Source of the DNA: Octopus vulgaris
Taxonomy: Eukaryota
DNA: 64,000 nt
Reading direction: 5' to 3'
NCBI GenBank assembly: GCA_951406725.2
Contig: OX597820.1
Span: 102,362,001-102,426,000, forward strand
Both the position numbers and the translations under genes were made by a program. This document shows positions 50,456 to 64,000 of the stretch, in pieces (within the stretch, counting starts at the first letter, position 1; each line of letters begins with the position of its first letter). The notes below the pieces were generated by a model. It saw only the letters and a program-made list of their open reading frames with translations, did not search any database and had not been told where the DNA came from.

Positions 50456-52420
50456 GTAAGTTCAACCTTCGGTTACATATATGTCCTCAAATAAAGCTTA
50501 CATCAAATTCTGTGCAGGAAGAAGTAAATTTCCAGTGAAACAGTTCCACAATCTATTTTCACTTCATAGTTATAAGCGTTTAATATTTTATGTAAGATTT
50601 ACTCCTTTGAAAGGCACGATCTTTAGAATATTTGCCCTTTCCTATGGACACAACTCATTTGTGACAATTACAATCTTAGTGATTGTGTTGTGGCGTGTCT
50701 GACTGAAACTAAAATAGTGAGAGAGAGACTGTTGGAAGTTGTTATTGTCAGTCTGACCTTTAACATTACATCGTTTACACGTCGATTGCAGAATTGATGA
50801 ATAATTATAACACAAACGAACGGAGATCATTTCCTCGTTCCATCGAATCGATTAATCTCAGAACAACTTCCTTTCGTCTCAAGTCTGTCATTGATTTGGC
50901 TTCTGGAAAGAAAACAGTTTAGCTTCGATTCTTTGTCAGGAACTGTGTGCTAATTAATTCTTTGAAGTTTAGCTTTGATTCATTGTGTGAAGTGTAGCTA
51001 CAACTCCTTGTGAAGATGTTATATAAAGATAGTGCTTCAATACCCAATAGCTTCGATTTCTCATATGAAGATAATATTTAAGGAAACATAGTTAAATCCA
51101 GCTCACTGACAACTGCTCTTAGTAAGACAATGAAGGTAGCACATTAGCTTAATCCTATTTGATAAGACCTAAGAACAGTGTAACATATGTTATCTGCTAT
51201 AATTTGAAACACATTACATTTGACTTTGTTGTTGAATTTCGGTAACTTAGATACAAAGTTTTGTCACCTAACGCTTTCAATATACTAAATAAAAAGTTAA
51301 ATAAATAAACTAAACTAAAGAAATCATTGAATCAGCTGAGATACATTAGTTAGCTTCTTCGAATTGGCTAGACATTATATAATTACTATTGAACTGAGGT
51401 TCTGTTGATAATTTTGTCTTGAAAGTTATAAATTGCGTCAAGAATTTATTTTAAGCTTGAAGGTTACAAAATTAAGAATATACGGCAAAATACAATGGTT
51501 TTCTTTGTACGTTAGTACATTTTCAATAATTTGTAAGTTAAAATGATAGTTAAAATCATTTGAATTGACTATACAGAATTTTCGCCTCTTTTCTTTTATT
51601 CTTCTTTTTAATAGTTTCAGTAACTGGCCAGCCCCATAATGAGATATCACCTTCAAATGATTTTAGCTAATTATTACAGCCCCAGTATTTTGTCTGACAC
51701 TCATTTAATTGTTCTCAAAGTAAAATGCAAAATATATCATTGACGCGATAGGATTTGTGACGCTTATATAATCACACACAAACACTCATTGTTAAAGCCA
51801 AATGCAAGGTGACTGTGACTTCTAAGTTTAATTGACTGAGTCATCAGACATTAAAGTAAAAGCGTTGATGACTTGAATAAATATTAGAAGGGCTGGGAAT
51901 AGTTACACTGGCAAAAGGGACATAAAAAAATAAAAGCTGGATGAGAGGGAAAGACGCGAAATAGTGTTGAAGTAGAGCCCATTAGAATGATAAATAGTAT
52001 ATGTGCAACAAACCGGTAAGTTTGTGAGCGTAATGTAAGGTAATTTGTGTAGTTATATAAGACAGGTAAGTTCAAAAAAAGCTTCTCATACATGCTCGTC
52101 ACCGTTATTGTGATACATTTACCTTTCTAATTCTTTTCCCATCTAGTCTTTTGTTTATTGCTTTTACAAATTCATATGCATAAAGATTATTAATATACTA
52201 ATATACTCACTTTAATGGCCGTACCTATTCCACTGTATTATAATTTAACATGTGTTCGCTCATTAAAAAAAATGAACCAATCTTTTCACATATTACTTTG
52301 TTTGACAATATCTCTTTCAACTCCGGTTCATTTTTTTAAAACCTAAAACACATGAACGGGGAGGAAATTTGTTGTGTTGACACTTTGGGAAGAACTTATG
52401 GGATGATCTGATATATATAT

Positions 52421-53691
52421 ATTGGGTTGGTAAAAAAGTTCGTAGTGTTTTTCAATTGGTGATGTTTAATCACGTGATCTGTTTTATCACGTGACAGGAA
52501 CATATGATATATATATATATTCTGAAAGAAGAAATCTTAACGCATTTTCCTATTTGAATTTTGTGTGGATTATTTACTTCTACATTGTTCTTAAGATAAT
52601 GTTGAAAATAAAGGAAAATGAAATACATTTTCATAATTTAATGCTCTTTTGTTTCCGGAAAGGTAAAAATGCTGCACAAATAGCAAAGAAGATATGTGCT
52701 GTTTATGGAGATGGTATCATTGCTGCAAATACTGTTCGTAAATGGTTTGCTAGGTTTAGAACCAAAACGTTTGACCTGGAAAATCGTGAGCTTTCTGGCA
52801 GACCTACAGTTGTTGACAATGAACAAATCAAGACTTTAATAAAAAATAATTCATGTCACATAACGCAAGACAATGTAGAAATTCTCCACATATCTTATGC
52901 GAGCATTATAAAGCATTTAAAAACATTTGATTAGGTGAATCGCTAAGATGTTTGGGTGCTTTATAACTTAACGGGGGAAAAAAACTTAATAGAGCGCATT
53001 TCCATCTGCGATTCTCTGCTCAGACGAAATAAAAAATGATCCAGTTTTGAAAAGAACGATCACGTGTGATAAGAAATTAATTATTTATGGTAACATAAAA
53101 CGAAAAAGTCCTGGGGAAAACGAGATGAACCGCCTGCAATCTCCTCAAAAGCTGGTCCGTATCCAAAGATGATGCTCTGTATCTGGTGGGATTGGAAGAG
53201 CATTACGAGCTGCTTTCAGGAAATCAGACATTAAATTCAGACTATTTATTGTTCCCAATTAGACCGCTTAAAGGAGGCAATTAACGAAAAACGACCAACC
53301 GAAAGAGTGCCGTCATACATCAAGACAACACTAGACTTTACGTTTCTTTGCAGACCAAGCAGAAATTGGTGCAGCTAGGGTGGGATGTCCTATCCCATCC
53401 ACCGAACTCACCTGACCTTGTACCTTCAGGTTATCATTTATTACAATCCCTACAAATTTCTCTTAATGGGAAGCACTTCAATTCTTTAAAAGTGTGTAAA
53501 AAACCCACTTAAACATGTTCATGAACTTAGATCAGAAAGATGCCAAGTTCTGGGAGGATGGGATCAAAAGGTGGCGAAAGGTAGTGGAACAAAATGGGAA
53601 ATATGTGGTTGAGTAAAAGTATGTCCAGTTATCTAAGCATTGTTAATGAATTTTACTTAAGAAACGCTTCGAACTTTTTTACCAATCCAAT
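52421..53691 (+). mobile_element. Full-length non-functional mariner element
   Basis: ~28-bp TIRs attgggttggtaaaaaagttcg / cgaacttttttaccaatccaat in TA context; ~1.27 kb. Confidence 0.93.
52599..53616 (+). pseudogene. mariner transposase with stops and frameshifts
   Basis: HTH (KICAVYGD..TVRKWFARF..SGRP), WVLYNL, TCDKK, MLCIWWDWK, HQDNTR, HPPNSPDLVPS. Confidence 0.92.
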
Positions 53692-53859
53692 GTATATATA
53701 AGGTGTAGATCGATAGATTGATAGACAGACAGATAGATAGACAGATAGATAGCTACATGCATGCATGCATGCATGCATCCATCCATCTATCCATCCATCC
53801 ATCCAACCATACATCCATCTATCCATCCATCCATCCATACATACATACATACATACATA

Positions 53860-54070
53860 CAGAGTGCGGCAGAAATACCTCCCACATTTTAAACTTTCAC
53901 CTATGTGTTGCTAATAAACTTATGCAAATGCCAATGATGTTTTCATTTAGCTAATGAACAAAAACTGTAACCCTCTCTTTAAACAACAGTAAAATTAATT
54001 TTTCATAAATGTTGTTTCTTTTCCCTTTTGTCAATCTTTCAAATGTGAGAGGTATTTCAGTTGCACCCTG
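53860..54070. mobile_element. Tc1/mariner-type MITE, TA TSD
   Basis: TIRs cagagtgcggcagaaatacctcccacattt / aaatgtgagaggtatttcagttgcaccctg. Confidence 0.85.
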
Positions 54071-54266
54071 TACATACATACATACATACATACATACATA
54101 CATACATACATACATACATACATACATAAACAGACAAATATTAGAACGGAAACATATTTCTTACTCCAATGATAATTATATTTCTATATTTCAGTCAATA
54201 TACATGCATATATTATTGAGTCATTTCTCTATCATATATATGAATATATATATATATATATATATA

Positions 54267-54458
54267 AAGGGAAAGTTTACGAAGATAAACAGAAGACGAA
54301 GGCAGGTGGAGTACAAACAAACAAATGTATTAGTATAGCGCTCAGGAATAGAAAAAGTCTTTTACGTTTCGAGCCTACGCTCTTCGATAGAAAGATACAC
54401 AGAAAAAAAACAAGGAGAAAAAAAAATGCGTGTAGAAGCTAACGATCTATCATGGCGT
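54267..54458 (-). mobile_element. TA-flanked Penelope-like pLTR fragment with decayed hammerhead (54359-54394)
   Basis: Same family as 34998-35170; core reads CTATCGA. Confidence 0.7.
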
Positions 54459-54825
54459 CATATACATACATACGTGAATGCTTGTATGCATGTATAAGTG
54501 TGTGTGCGTGCGCTTGTTTAGCATTTTATACATATGCACATGCAAATTAATTCTGTCCATACGTGAATTTGTGGACACACAAATGCGTGTATGTGCTTTA
54601 GCTGAGGGTGGGTATTTGTGTAATTGTGTGCATGTTTGTATTTATCCGTAGGATATGTTTCTTTCTTATCTATGAGGAAAGAAATATTCCTATGATGTAC
54701 ATATGCATACAGACTGAGGAATATAGACTTGGACAGCTATAAGTGTACATATAAAAACAAACAAAAAATGATAGCTGTCTCTAATAATATCTATATATAT
54801 AAATTTTCTTATACATGACACCTGA

Positions 54826-55800
<975 letters not shown>

Positions 55801-55801
55801 T

Positions 55802-55923
55802 ATTGGCCTGCTCGCTTAGCCAGCGGGGTGGCGTCATTTGAAGGCTAAAACAATGTGAATCGCATCGTGACCAGCGATGTGTAGCAACATCAGATAGCCT
55901 GGTCGGTCACGGTGATCACGGTG

Positions 55924-55926
<3 letters not shown>
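55802..55926 (+). mobile_element. SINE family C 3' tail
   Basis: ggcctgctcgcttagccagcggggtgg...ggtcggtcacggtgatcac. Confidence 0.88.
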
Positions 55927-55961
<35 letters not shown>

Positions 55962-55966
<5 letters not shown>

Positions 55967-56400
55967 GAGCAGTAGAGATACAGATGTCAATCCATTATGG
56001 CCGTTTCTAACGACTCCTTTATTTGATTAATGTATACAATACATCACTGTAAAGAAACCGTTTTCCTCAGATGAATTCTTGAACTTCAAAATGAAGGACA
56101 TTCAGAATGATTTAACATAGTTTAAAGTCCATGGAGCAAAAAACATTTACGGTGATTCTGCTACTATTTCTGGGAAATCCATTCTGACAACTGAAATAGT
56201 AGCAGAATCACTGTAAACGGTTTTGATCCGTGGATTTTTAAACTATGCTAAATCATTCTGTATGTCCTTTACTTTGAAGTTCATGAATTCGTTTGACAAA
56301 AACGGGTTCTTTACACTGATGTAATGTTTTCATTAATCAGTTAAAAGAGTCGTTAGAAGCGGCTGTAATGGATTGACACGTGTACTTCTACTGTTTCTCA
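55962..56400. mobile_element. Foldback MITE with ~208-bp inverted arms, unclassified
   Basis: 55962-56170 aligns to the reverse complement of 56193-56400 around a 22-bp spacer. Confidence 0.85.
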
Positions 56401-56630
56401 TTAATATTTTTTTCATCTTTCTCGGAATCTACCCTTCGCAAATATTATGGATAGTATACTTAATATAATGTACATATCTGAATAGCTCAAGAGCCGATTT
56501 CTTCATTCAGCAGGGTCTAATCGTCTACATACACTGCAAGAATACCATTGGGCCAGTACTTATGTACCAAATTTGATATTTACTCAATGTTATTGTGTGT
56601 GTATATTATTCCGACCTAACAAGGTGCCCC

Positions 56631-56679
<49 letters not shown>

Positions 56680-56749
56680 TCACCTTAACTCATAATTTGC
56701 GATTGACGACTACTGGAAATACTCTTAACTATGAGTACCAAATGCAAGT

Positions 56750-56825
56750 GAATAACTCCCTGTGTAATTGTCTAAACAAAACTGTATGCCCTTTAGAAAA
56801 TCAGTGTTTAAAGAAAAATATAGTG
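56750..56825 (+). pseudogene. Penelope-like element ORF remnant (Cys-rich linker preceding GIY-YIG)
   Basis: CNCLNKTVCPLENQCLKKNIV fits the CNC....CPL...CL...[IV]V motif of PLE proteins. Confidence 0.65.
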
Positions 56826-56879
56826 CGCGCGCGCTCACACACACACACAAATGTATATGTATGTATAAACATATATAAT

Positions 56880-57019
56880 CACAGATGTGGCTCTGTGGTA
56901 AGAAGCTTGCTTGCCAATCACATCGCTCCAAGTTCAATTCCACTGCGTGCCACCTTGGGCAACAGTCTTCTACTGTTGCCTTGTAGACAAAAACTGAAAG
57001 AAGCCCGTCATATATCTAA

Positions 57020-57071
<52 letters not shown>

Positions 57072-57285
57072 GTCTGTACCCCAACATTGCTTGACAACCA
57101 GGTTTGGTGTGTCCCCGTAACTTAGCAGTTCGGCGAAAAAAAAAAAAAACGATAGCATAAGTATCAGGCCAAAAATAAAAAGTACTGGGGTAGATTCATT
57201 CGACTAAATTTCATCAAGGTGGTGCCCCAGCATGGCCGCAGTCTAATGACTGAATCAAGTGTAAGAATAAAAGAATAAAAGAATA
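56880..57285 (+). mobile_element. SINE family A
   Basis: Head, internal TA/TG tract, tail. Confidence 0.87.
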
Positions 57286-58024
57286 TACATGTGCGTGCGC
57301 GCGCGCGTATGTGTGTGCATGCGTATATGTGTGTATGCATGCGGAAAGTGAAAGAAAGGAACAGAAGAATCAGCTCTAAACTACGTATGTTTCGAAAATG
57401 TAGGCATCTATGTTATATAACATAAAGAAAGCAGTTACATAATTTTACCATGCACCTAATCTTCAGTCTCATTTTTCCTATGTTGCGAAATTATTTGCCG
57501 TAGAAATGAGAGAAAAAGATTAGAAGCAATATACACATTTTGACAGTCAAAGAGGAAAGCAGTTTTAGTAAACACTTTGAAATGGGTGTAGCCTCGGGAG
57601 ATTTAATTATCTGCCTTCTATAATTTATGATTTGAGTAGGAAGCATCTAAGGTGATTAATATTATCACGATGAGCTTAGAACGCGTCATCCGCACTGGAA
57701 AGGAATGGAGAAGATAAGACGAATTATAAAAGACCAACAGAAGAGAAGAAAAAGTGAAAAAAAATAAAGAAAAGAAAAATATAATAGTGTTAGTAATTTA
57801 CACGTAGCAGCACATACACACAATGCCCGCACGCAAAAATGACGTAAAAGCGCTCACGTACACAACATAATGATATATATGTATATAAGTATGTATGTGC
57901 GCGCACGTGTTGTGTGTGCGCGTATGCTATATGTATATATATGATATTAGATAGCACATACTCATACATATTGCATATAATACCATTTGAGAGAATAATA
58001 TCCCATCTTCCCTTTACTTTTGCT

Positions 58025-58082
58025 CGTCGTCGTCGTTATCATCCTCCTCCTCATCATCATCGTCATCGCCGTTGTCATCATT

Positions 58083-58118
<36 letters not shown>

Positions 58119-58200
58119 TTCTTCTTCTTCTTCTTCTTCTTCTTCTTCTTCTTCTTCTTCTTCTTCTTCTTCTTCTTCTTCGTTCTGCTGCTGCTGTTTC
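58025..58200. repeat. (CAT)n-(CTT)n compound microsatellite
   Basis: Direct inspection. Confidence 0.95.
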
Positions 58201-59231
58201 TGCTAGCGTTCTAGACCAATATTCTATTTAGAGAGAGAGTTTTATATTTCATGGCCTTAACACCATCAAATTATATTGAAACATTAATGCTCGAAACTTC
58301 ATTTGGAGCTTTTATAAACCAAACGCATACAATAGAATTATAGGAAAATCTTTATCGTAAATGGGAAATAAAATCCTCTCACGTCTCAGCTCCTACATTG
58401 GACATGTTCAGTAGTTTGTAATGTATCTGAATGAATTCGTGGAGAATGAGTCTGTTCAAAATGTAACACTTACTCCGTCAGATCCACACCTATTTTACAA
58501 AGAATTCTGTATATTGTCACCATTTTTAAAAGAGATGTGAAATCTATAACTGGAAGAATATCGGAGAAAATGTCTAATGTTATTTTGTTATAGGTCTTCA
58601 AATTTTGAGTTCAAATGCCATTGATGTCGACTCTGCCTTCATTCTTCCACAAATCAGTAAAATTAGGACCATTCATTTTATCGATGTCCGATTTCACTGT
58701 TTTAAAGCGTCAAAAAGATCATGCAACATCCATGGAGATAGTGAGGAAATCTTTCAGAATAAAGGATTGCGTGTTCCACTAGATCTACCCCTGGGATCCC
58801 ATTTTAATATCTTAGTATCTTTCACAGACTTCCCCCTTCAGGAGTACATCTCACATATAAGGGACATTATTTCTGCTACTGAATGTCAATGAACTATTTG
58901 CTAGAAACCAACAACGCTCTCTGTCCTACCATTGCGAAGTTAACTTCTGCATCTCAGAGAATATGTAGAAACCTACGTACTCTTTCTTCTTGGGCTATCC
59001 CATACACCTATCTCTATTTTACTCTCGTCATCGCTGCTATGTCACATACACCGAATCTTGCACTAAATATATACCCAAACCAATCCTCACCAGAAATGAA
59101 GTCCTCTGGAATACCCTTTCCTTCGAGATTTTTTTCAGATTTCGACTTCCAGATTTTTAAGTTTTATATCAACCGCCCACATCGATCTCACTGGTCTAAG
59201 AGAGAAAGAAGAGGAGGAAGTGGAAGTGTAG

Positions 59232-59265
<34 letters not shown>

Positions 59266-60050
59266 AAAAAGAGAGGGAGAGAAAGTGAAAGAGAAAGAGA
59301 GAGAGAGAGAGAAATAGAGGGTGTATAACAGAAGCTATGAGAGCTGTTTCAGTTCCTTTAATTAAACTTAATTTATTAATATAAAATTGCTGTAAATGAG
59401 AATTTTCGTTTGAATTATTGAGAGTCATAGCCCTCTCCTGTTTTTTTTTCAACTTTCGGGGCGTTTATATATTCTTATTTTCTTCTTGCTTGCTGCGGAC
59501 CTATTATAACAAGCCTTTAAAATGGCAACGGCTGTAAAACACCGAACAAAACACTTTTCAGTATCTGTTTCCTTTCCGTCTTGCTATATTCTGCGTTCAA
59601 ATTCCACTCATCTCGATTTTACCTTTAATCCTTCTACGGATCGATAAAATATGCCATTATCAGTCAGTGCGGGTGATCTAACTGGTCACTCTCTTCCTGA
59701 AAATGCGTGGCATTGAGCCAGTTAAAAATCATCCGTATTCATTAGCGACAAACCCGTCGCTGAAGATTGGGTGTTTGAATACACTCGAATTAAATTCCTG
59801 TTGGCATAGGAAAAAGTTATTGTGGGAAACTTCTACTATCTCAGCAAATCGGTTGAGTCAACAGACAAGAAAATAAATGAAAATATGTACAACAATCAAG
59901 ACACACACACACGTTCGAAATTTTTACCGGCATCTTCTATGTCGCCGGATATAATCTGCGTCTGCGCAGTGGTTTGAAAAGTTAGGATATACAAACCGTT
60001 AGTTCTACGTGTGGATCTGGCTGTCTGTACGTCTGAAATCTAGAGGCTAT

Positions 60051-60118
60051 CCCACTGATGAAAACTGGCCTTCAGCGAATATTTTTTTGCTGGAAATAGT
60101 TAGAAACCATGGTCTAGG
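60051..60118 (+). ncRNA. Type I hammerhead ribozyme with extended stem II, in a probable PLE pLTR ending at (TA)n near 60250
   Basis: CCCA-CTGATGA-A-AACT...TTCAGCGAA/TTTGCTGGA...AGTT-A-GAAA, palindromic stem III ACCATGGT, GUC site (cleavage after 60114), TAGG. Confidence 0.72.
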
Positions 60119-60244
60119 AAATAGTTGAGATGGTAAACGTTTTTAATTTTCATTCCTTTCAAGAATTTATCTTTTTTCTTGTAGTTTTGAGATTTCTACT
60201 GCTCTTTCTAGCACAACGCTTTCCTATTTGGAAGCCTCGTATTG

Positions 60245-60312
<68 letters not shown>

Positions 60313-60317
60313 TATAT

Positions 60318-60626
60318 AACCGTGATCACCGTGACCGACCAGGCTATCAGATGTTGCTACACATCGCTGGTCACAATGCGCTTCGCATTGTTTTAGCCTT
60401 CAAATGACGCCACCCCGCTGGCTAAGCGAGCAGACCAACAGAAGAAAGAGTGAGAGAAAGTTGTGGCGAAAGAGTACAGTAGGGATCGCCACTACTCCCC
60501 TGCCGGATCCTTGTGGAGCTTTAGGTGTTTTCGTTCAATAAACACTCATAACGCCCTGTCTGGGAATCGAAACCGCGATCCTACGACCGCGAGTCCGCTG
60601 CCCTAACCACTGGGCCAGTGCGCCTC

Positions 60627-60628
<2 letters not shown>
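60318..60628 (-). mobile_element. tRNA-derived SINE family C
   Basis: Matches 46257-46560. Confidence 0.92.
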
Positions 60629-60675
<47 letters not shown>

Positions 60676-60770
60676 GTATATATGTATATATATGTGTATA
60701 TATATGTATATATATATATACATACATACATGCATACATACATACATGCATGCATACATACATACATACA

Positions 60771-60806
<36 letters not shown>

Positions 60807-61624
60807 TAGATAGATATGTGTGTGTATTAATCGATATTGACAGGTAATTACATCTATAGTCGTTTGAAAATCAAGTTCCGATTAATTTCTTCATGGGTTT
60901 ATTAGTTGATAGTATCTGTCTGCCAAACCAAGTAGGAGACTTGAGGTAAGAAGATGATTTATCGGTTGCTAAGTTATTATCCACCGATTTAACCAACTAG
61001 AAATACCATAGTTTATCTTCTGTCACATTTTTATAGCTGGCTGTATGTATATTGTTAAGCCATCGTCATGATTTATAAACTACATTATGGAAATACAGTC
61101 AAGCGTGTCAATTTGAGGACTTCTTCGCGTTCACTCGGCTTGTTGAAAATAACTTTTCTAATCGCTCTCAAATCACAGCCTACCGTCTCACAAAGGAATG
61201 AGATACTAGAAACTACAATCTCAGATATAGAAACAGACGGTGGAGGTTAATACTAAAACGTCTTTGATTATCAGTTCTACTTGATCAGATCTGATGTCTG
61301 TTAGACAACATTTAACGGAACAAGTTATTTGCTGTTACTGTAGTCGGTTACACTAGTGACAGCCTGGACACTATAAATTTATGACCAAATACGATCAATT
61401 CGTTAACATCCCATCTTTTATTGTTACTGCATAATGTATTCAGGATAACATTACTTTGGACGCATAAATATCGTCTTATTTTTTGAAACGATAAGGTGCG
61501 ATCTGAAGACTTGGGTGCTCTTTCTTGAAGTTGGGGAGATTGCGTATCTGCTTCCTCTTTACCTCGTTAACAAGCGATTTAATTGACCATCATTAAGCTC
61601 CGTCCCTCTCATTGATCTTTGTTT

Positions 61625-61627
61625 CTG

Positions 61628-61702
<75 letters not shown>

Positions 61703-61785
61703 CCCTATCTGTCTGTCTGTCTATCTATCTATCTACTTATCTATCTCTCTATCTATCTCTGTCTGCCTGTATGTCTGCCTGTCTG

Positions 61786-61852
<67 letters not shown>

Positions 61853-61935
61853 GTATATGTCTGTCTGTCTGCCTGTTTGCCTGCCTACCTACCTGTTTGC
61901 CTACCTGTCTGCCTGTCTGCTTCTCAGCCTGTCTG
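61625..61935. repeat. (TCTA)n/(TCTG)n compound microsatellite
   Basis: Direct inspection. Confidence 0.95.
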
Positions 61936-62709
61936 TCCGTGTGTCAGTCTTTTCTTTCTCAAACTCTTTGATATAATCAATCCTTCATTTGATCCTTCTT
62001 TCATATTGATTCTTCCGTTCCCTCTTTCTCCCTGTACTTTCTTCTCCATATGCTGTCTTTTACTATTTCCTCTCCTAACTTTATCGTCGTTCCTCTCCTT
62101 CCTTACGCTTTTCCTTTCCTTATTTCTGGCGTCAATAAAATAAATATGGCCAATATCCAATAAACTGGATTTACGTGGTGACTAACGCTTCTGAAGAAGA
62201 GGACAGTGTTCCACACTTTTAGCTGGCGATAAGAATCAGACGAAATCCACAAACATTGGCAAACACTTTGCTTGAAATCAATAATTACGACTTCAGTCGA
62301 CCTATATTGGCAAGTTCTTGAAGAATTCCTAAACCCCAGGTGGCGCCTTGTCTTTAGATTAAATAGGATGAAATTGCGTACGTAGAACATCTTAATCCGT
62401 TTTCAATGATATTTTTATACAGTTTATAGCATTAATTCTGGCTCCTTCATAATCGAAAAAGCATTTGGCTATTCAGAATCGAATTGCATCCAACATCTAT
62501 AAGAAATTGTCTCTGTACATGTGGGAGGTGACAATAGTTATTGGTAAAGATCCAAGAATAATCTAAAAGAATTTTGTTTATTGATTTATTTATATATTTT
62601 CTATATTATTTCAATCTTTTGATGGCGGTAGATAAGATAATCATTACTTATGTTGCTTTATGTTCTGAGTTCAAGTCCTGTACGAAGCTGATTTTGTATT
62701 TTATATTCT

Positions 62710-62990
62710 TTCTACTATGGGTACAAGGCCTGGAATTTTGGAAGAGGGGGAAGATAGTCGATTACATCTGTCCCAGGGCTCAACTAACTGGTAGTTATTT
62801 CATCGGCAACGAAAGGATGATAGGCAAAATTGACCTCGGTGGAGTTCGAACTAGGACGGAAGGCTGAAGGAAATTCCACAAAGTATCTTGTCGATCTCGG
62901 CGGAATTGGAACTTGGACGGAAAGCTGGAGGAAATGCCACTTCAGTGTCTTGTCCAGTGCGCTAAAGATTCTGCTACTTACCGCCTTATA
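62710..62990 (-). mobile_element. SINE family B, diverged
   Basis: Family B motifs in reverse complement. Confidence 0.7.
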
Positions 62991-63075
62991 TACTTTCCTT
63001 TTCATATGACAGTCAAAAAGGGAGAAAAAAAACTAGAACGAGAGAGAGAGAGAGAGTAAGAGAAAGAGAGAGAGG

Positions 63076-63116
<41 letters not shown>

Positions 63117-63225
63117 AGTTGGCTTTTGTCTTTTGAATACCCAGAAAGAAAAACATTTTTTCCACTCCAGACGGTAAGCGAGCTTATGACTATTCAATAA
63201 AAATTCCTGTTTCTAGAATTGAAGC

Positions 63226-63357
63226 TAATACCTATTTCTTTACTACCCACAAGGGGCTAAACACAGAGAGGACAAACAAGGACAGCACGTAACGGAAGAC
63301 GAAATACGGCTACGCATTTCGCCCGGCGTGCTAACGTTTCTGCCAGCTCGCCGCCTC
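63226..63357 (-). mobile_element. SINE family B, internally deleted
   Basis: Tail joined directly to head. Confidence 0.85.
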
Positions 63358-64000
63358 TTGCTACCATCAAGTAAGTCGACTATAACTCCCACTCACTAAT
63401 CATTGTCCTTTGTGTCAAAGTTAGAAATAATTATTTGTATTTAATTTTGTTATCTATAAAATAGACAGCAGAAGAACACTGCGATACATTGTTTTGTATA
63501 CAACGATAGAATGGTCTGTGACAAAGTGTTTAACTGCAATACATTTGTGTGGAATGTGACGTTATGCTGCGAGCCATTGATGCAGTCTCCTATCTCGTAC
63601 TCGACAGATGAGGCTTCCGCAATGTCTTACTGAACAACCTGCGCAAATGATATGCTTATGGTGATCAAATATTTGTGCTGTGCATTAGCTCATCCCTTTC
63701 GTCAAATCAATGATTACCTGTACAGGTGCACGGTGCGTCACACGTCAAAAGTTGAAGTGATAACGGAGCGGCGTGAAATGAGGTGTTTTGCTCAAGAACA
63801 CAAAATATCACTCGGTCCGGAATCGAAGCTCCGAACTTGCAAACGGGAGTGCAACGCCCTTACTGTTAGGCTTGTTTATATAGTTTAATAGTTATATAGT
63901 TTTATTGACTCAATTTTTTAATAATTGTATTTTAAGTTAACTGTTACATAGCTAATGTTTTACTTATTTTTATACGTAAGTTAACCATATGAAGAAAATA

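Noticed and set aside
59755-59815. CTGAAGA followed by a hairpin and GAAT
   Set aside because: A15.1 is missing, there are extra bases before stem II, and stems I and III do not pair convincingly
63170-63172. Possible 3-nt microexon (ccag|ACG|gtaagc)
   Set aside because: Too short to distinguish from chance without transcript data

Overview
AT-rich, repeat-saturated eukaryotic DNA. The SINE, LINE and microsatellite make-up most resembles a coleoid cephalopod (Octopus-like) genome; this is inferred from repeat content only. Almost all listed ORFs are microsatellite or SINE artefacts. The recognisable protein remnants are all transposon-derived: RTE-clade LINEs (13.7-15.9 kb, 26.5-28.6 kb), a CR1-clade LINE (35.8-38.4 kb), three Dong/R4-like 3' ends followed by trinucleotide microsatellites (5.9-8.7 kb), mariner/Tc1 relics including a full-length dead mariner (52.4-53.7 kb), and a Penelope-like Cys motif (56.8 kb). 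At least four tRNA-derived SINE families and several MITEs fill the rest. The most interesting signal is a set of about a dozen type I hammerhead-ribozyme motifs, most of them in small non-coding elements inserted into (TA)n tracts. They include two head-to-head palindromic pairs, families with U4C and A6U core variants, and a 361-bp, terminally redundant, self-complementary retrozyme-like unit at 47.3-47.8 kb. CpG looks depleted left of about 30.4 kb and retained right of it, suggesting a methylated gene body on the left. A few candidate minus-strand exons lie there, but no product could be identified. Repeat boundaries were read by eye and are approximate.
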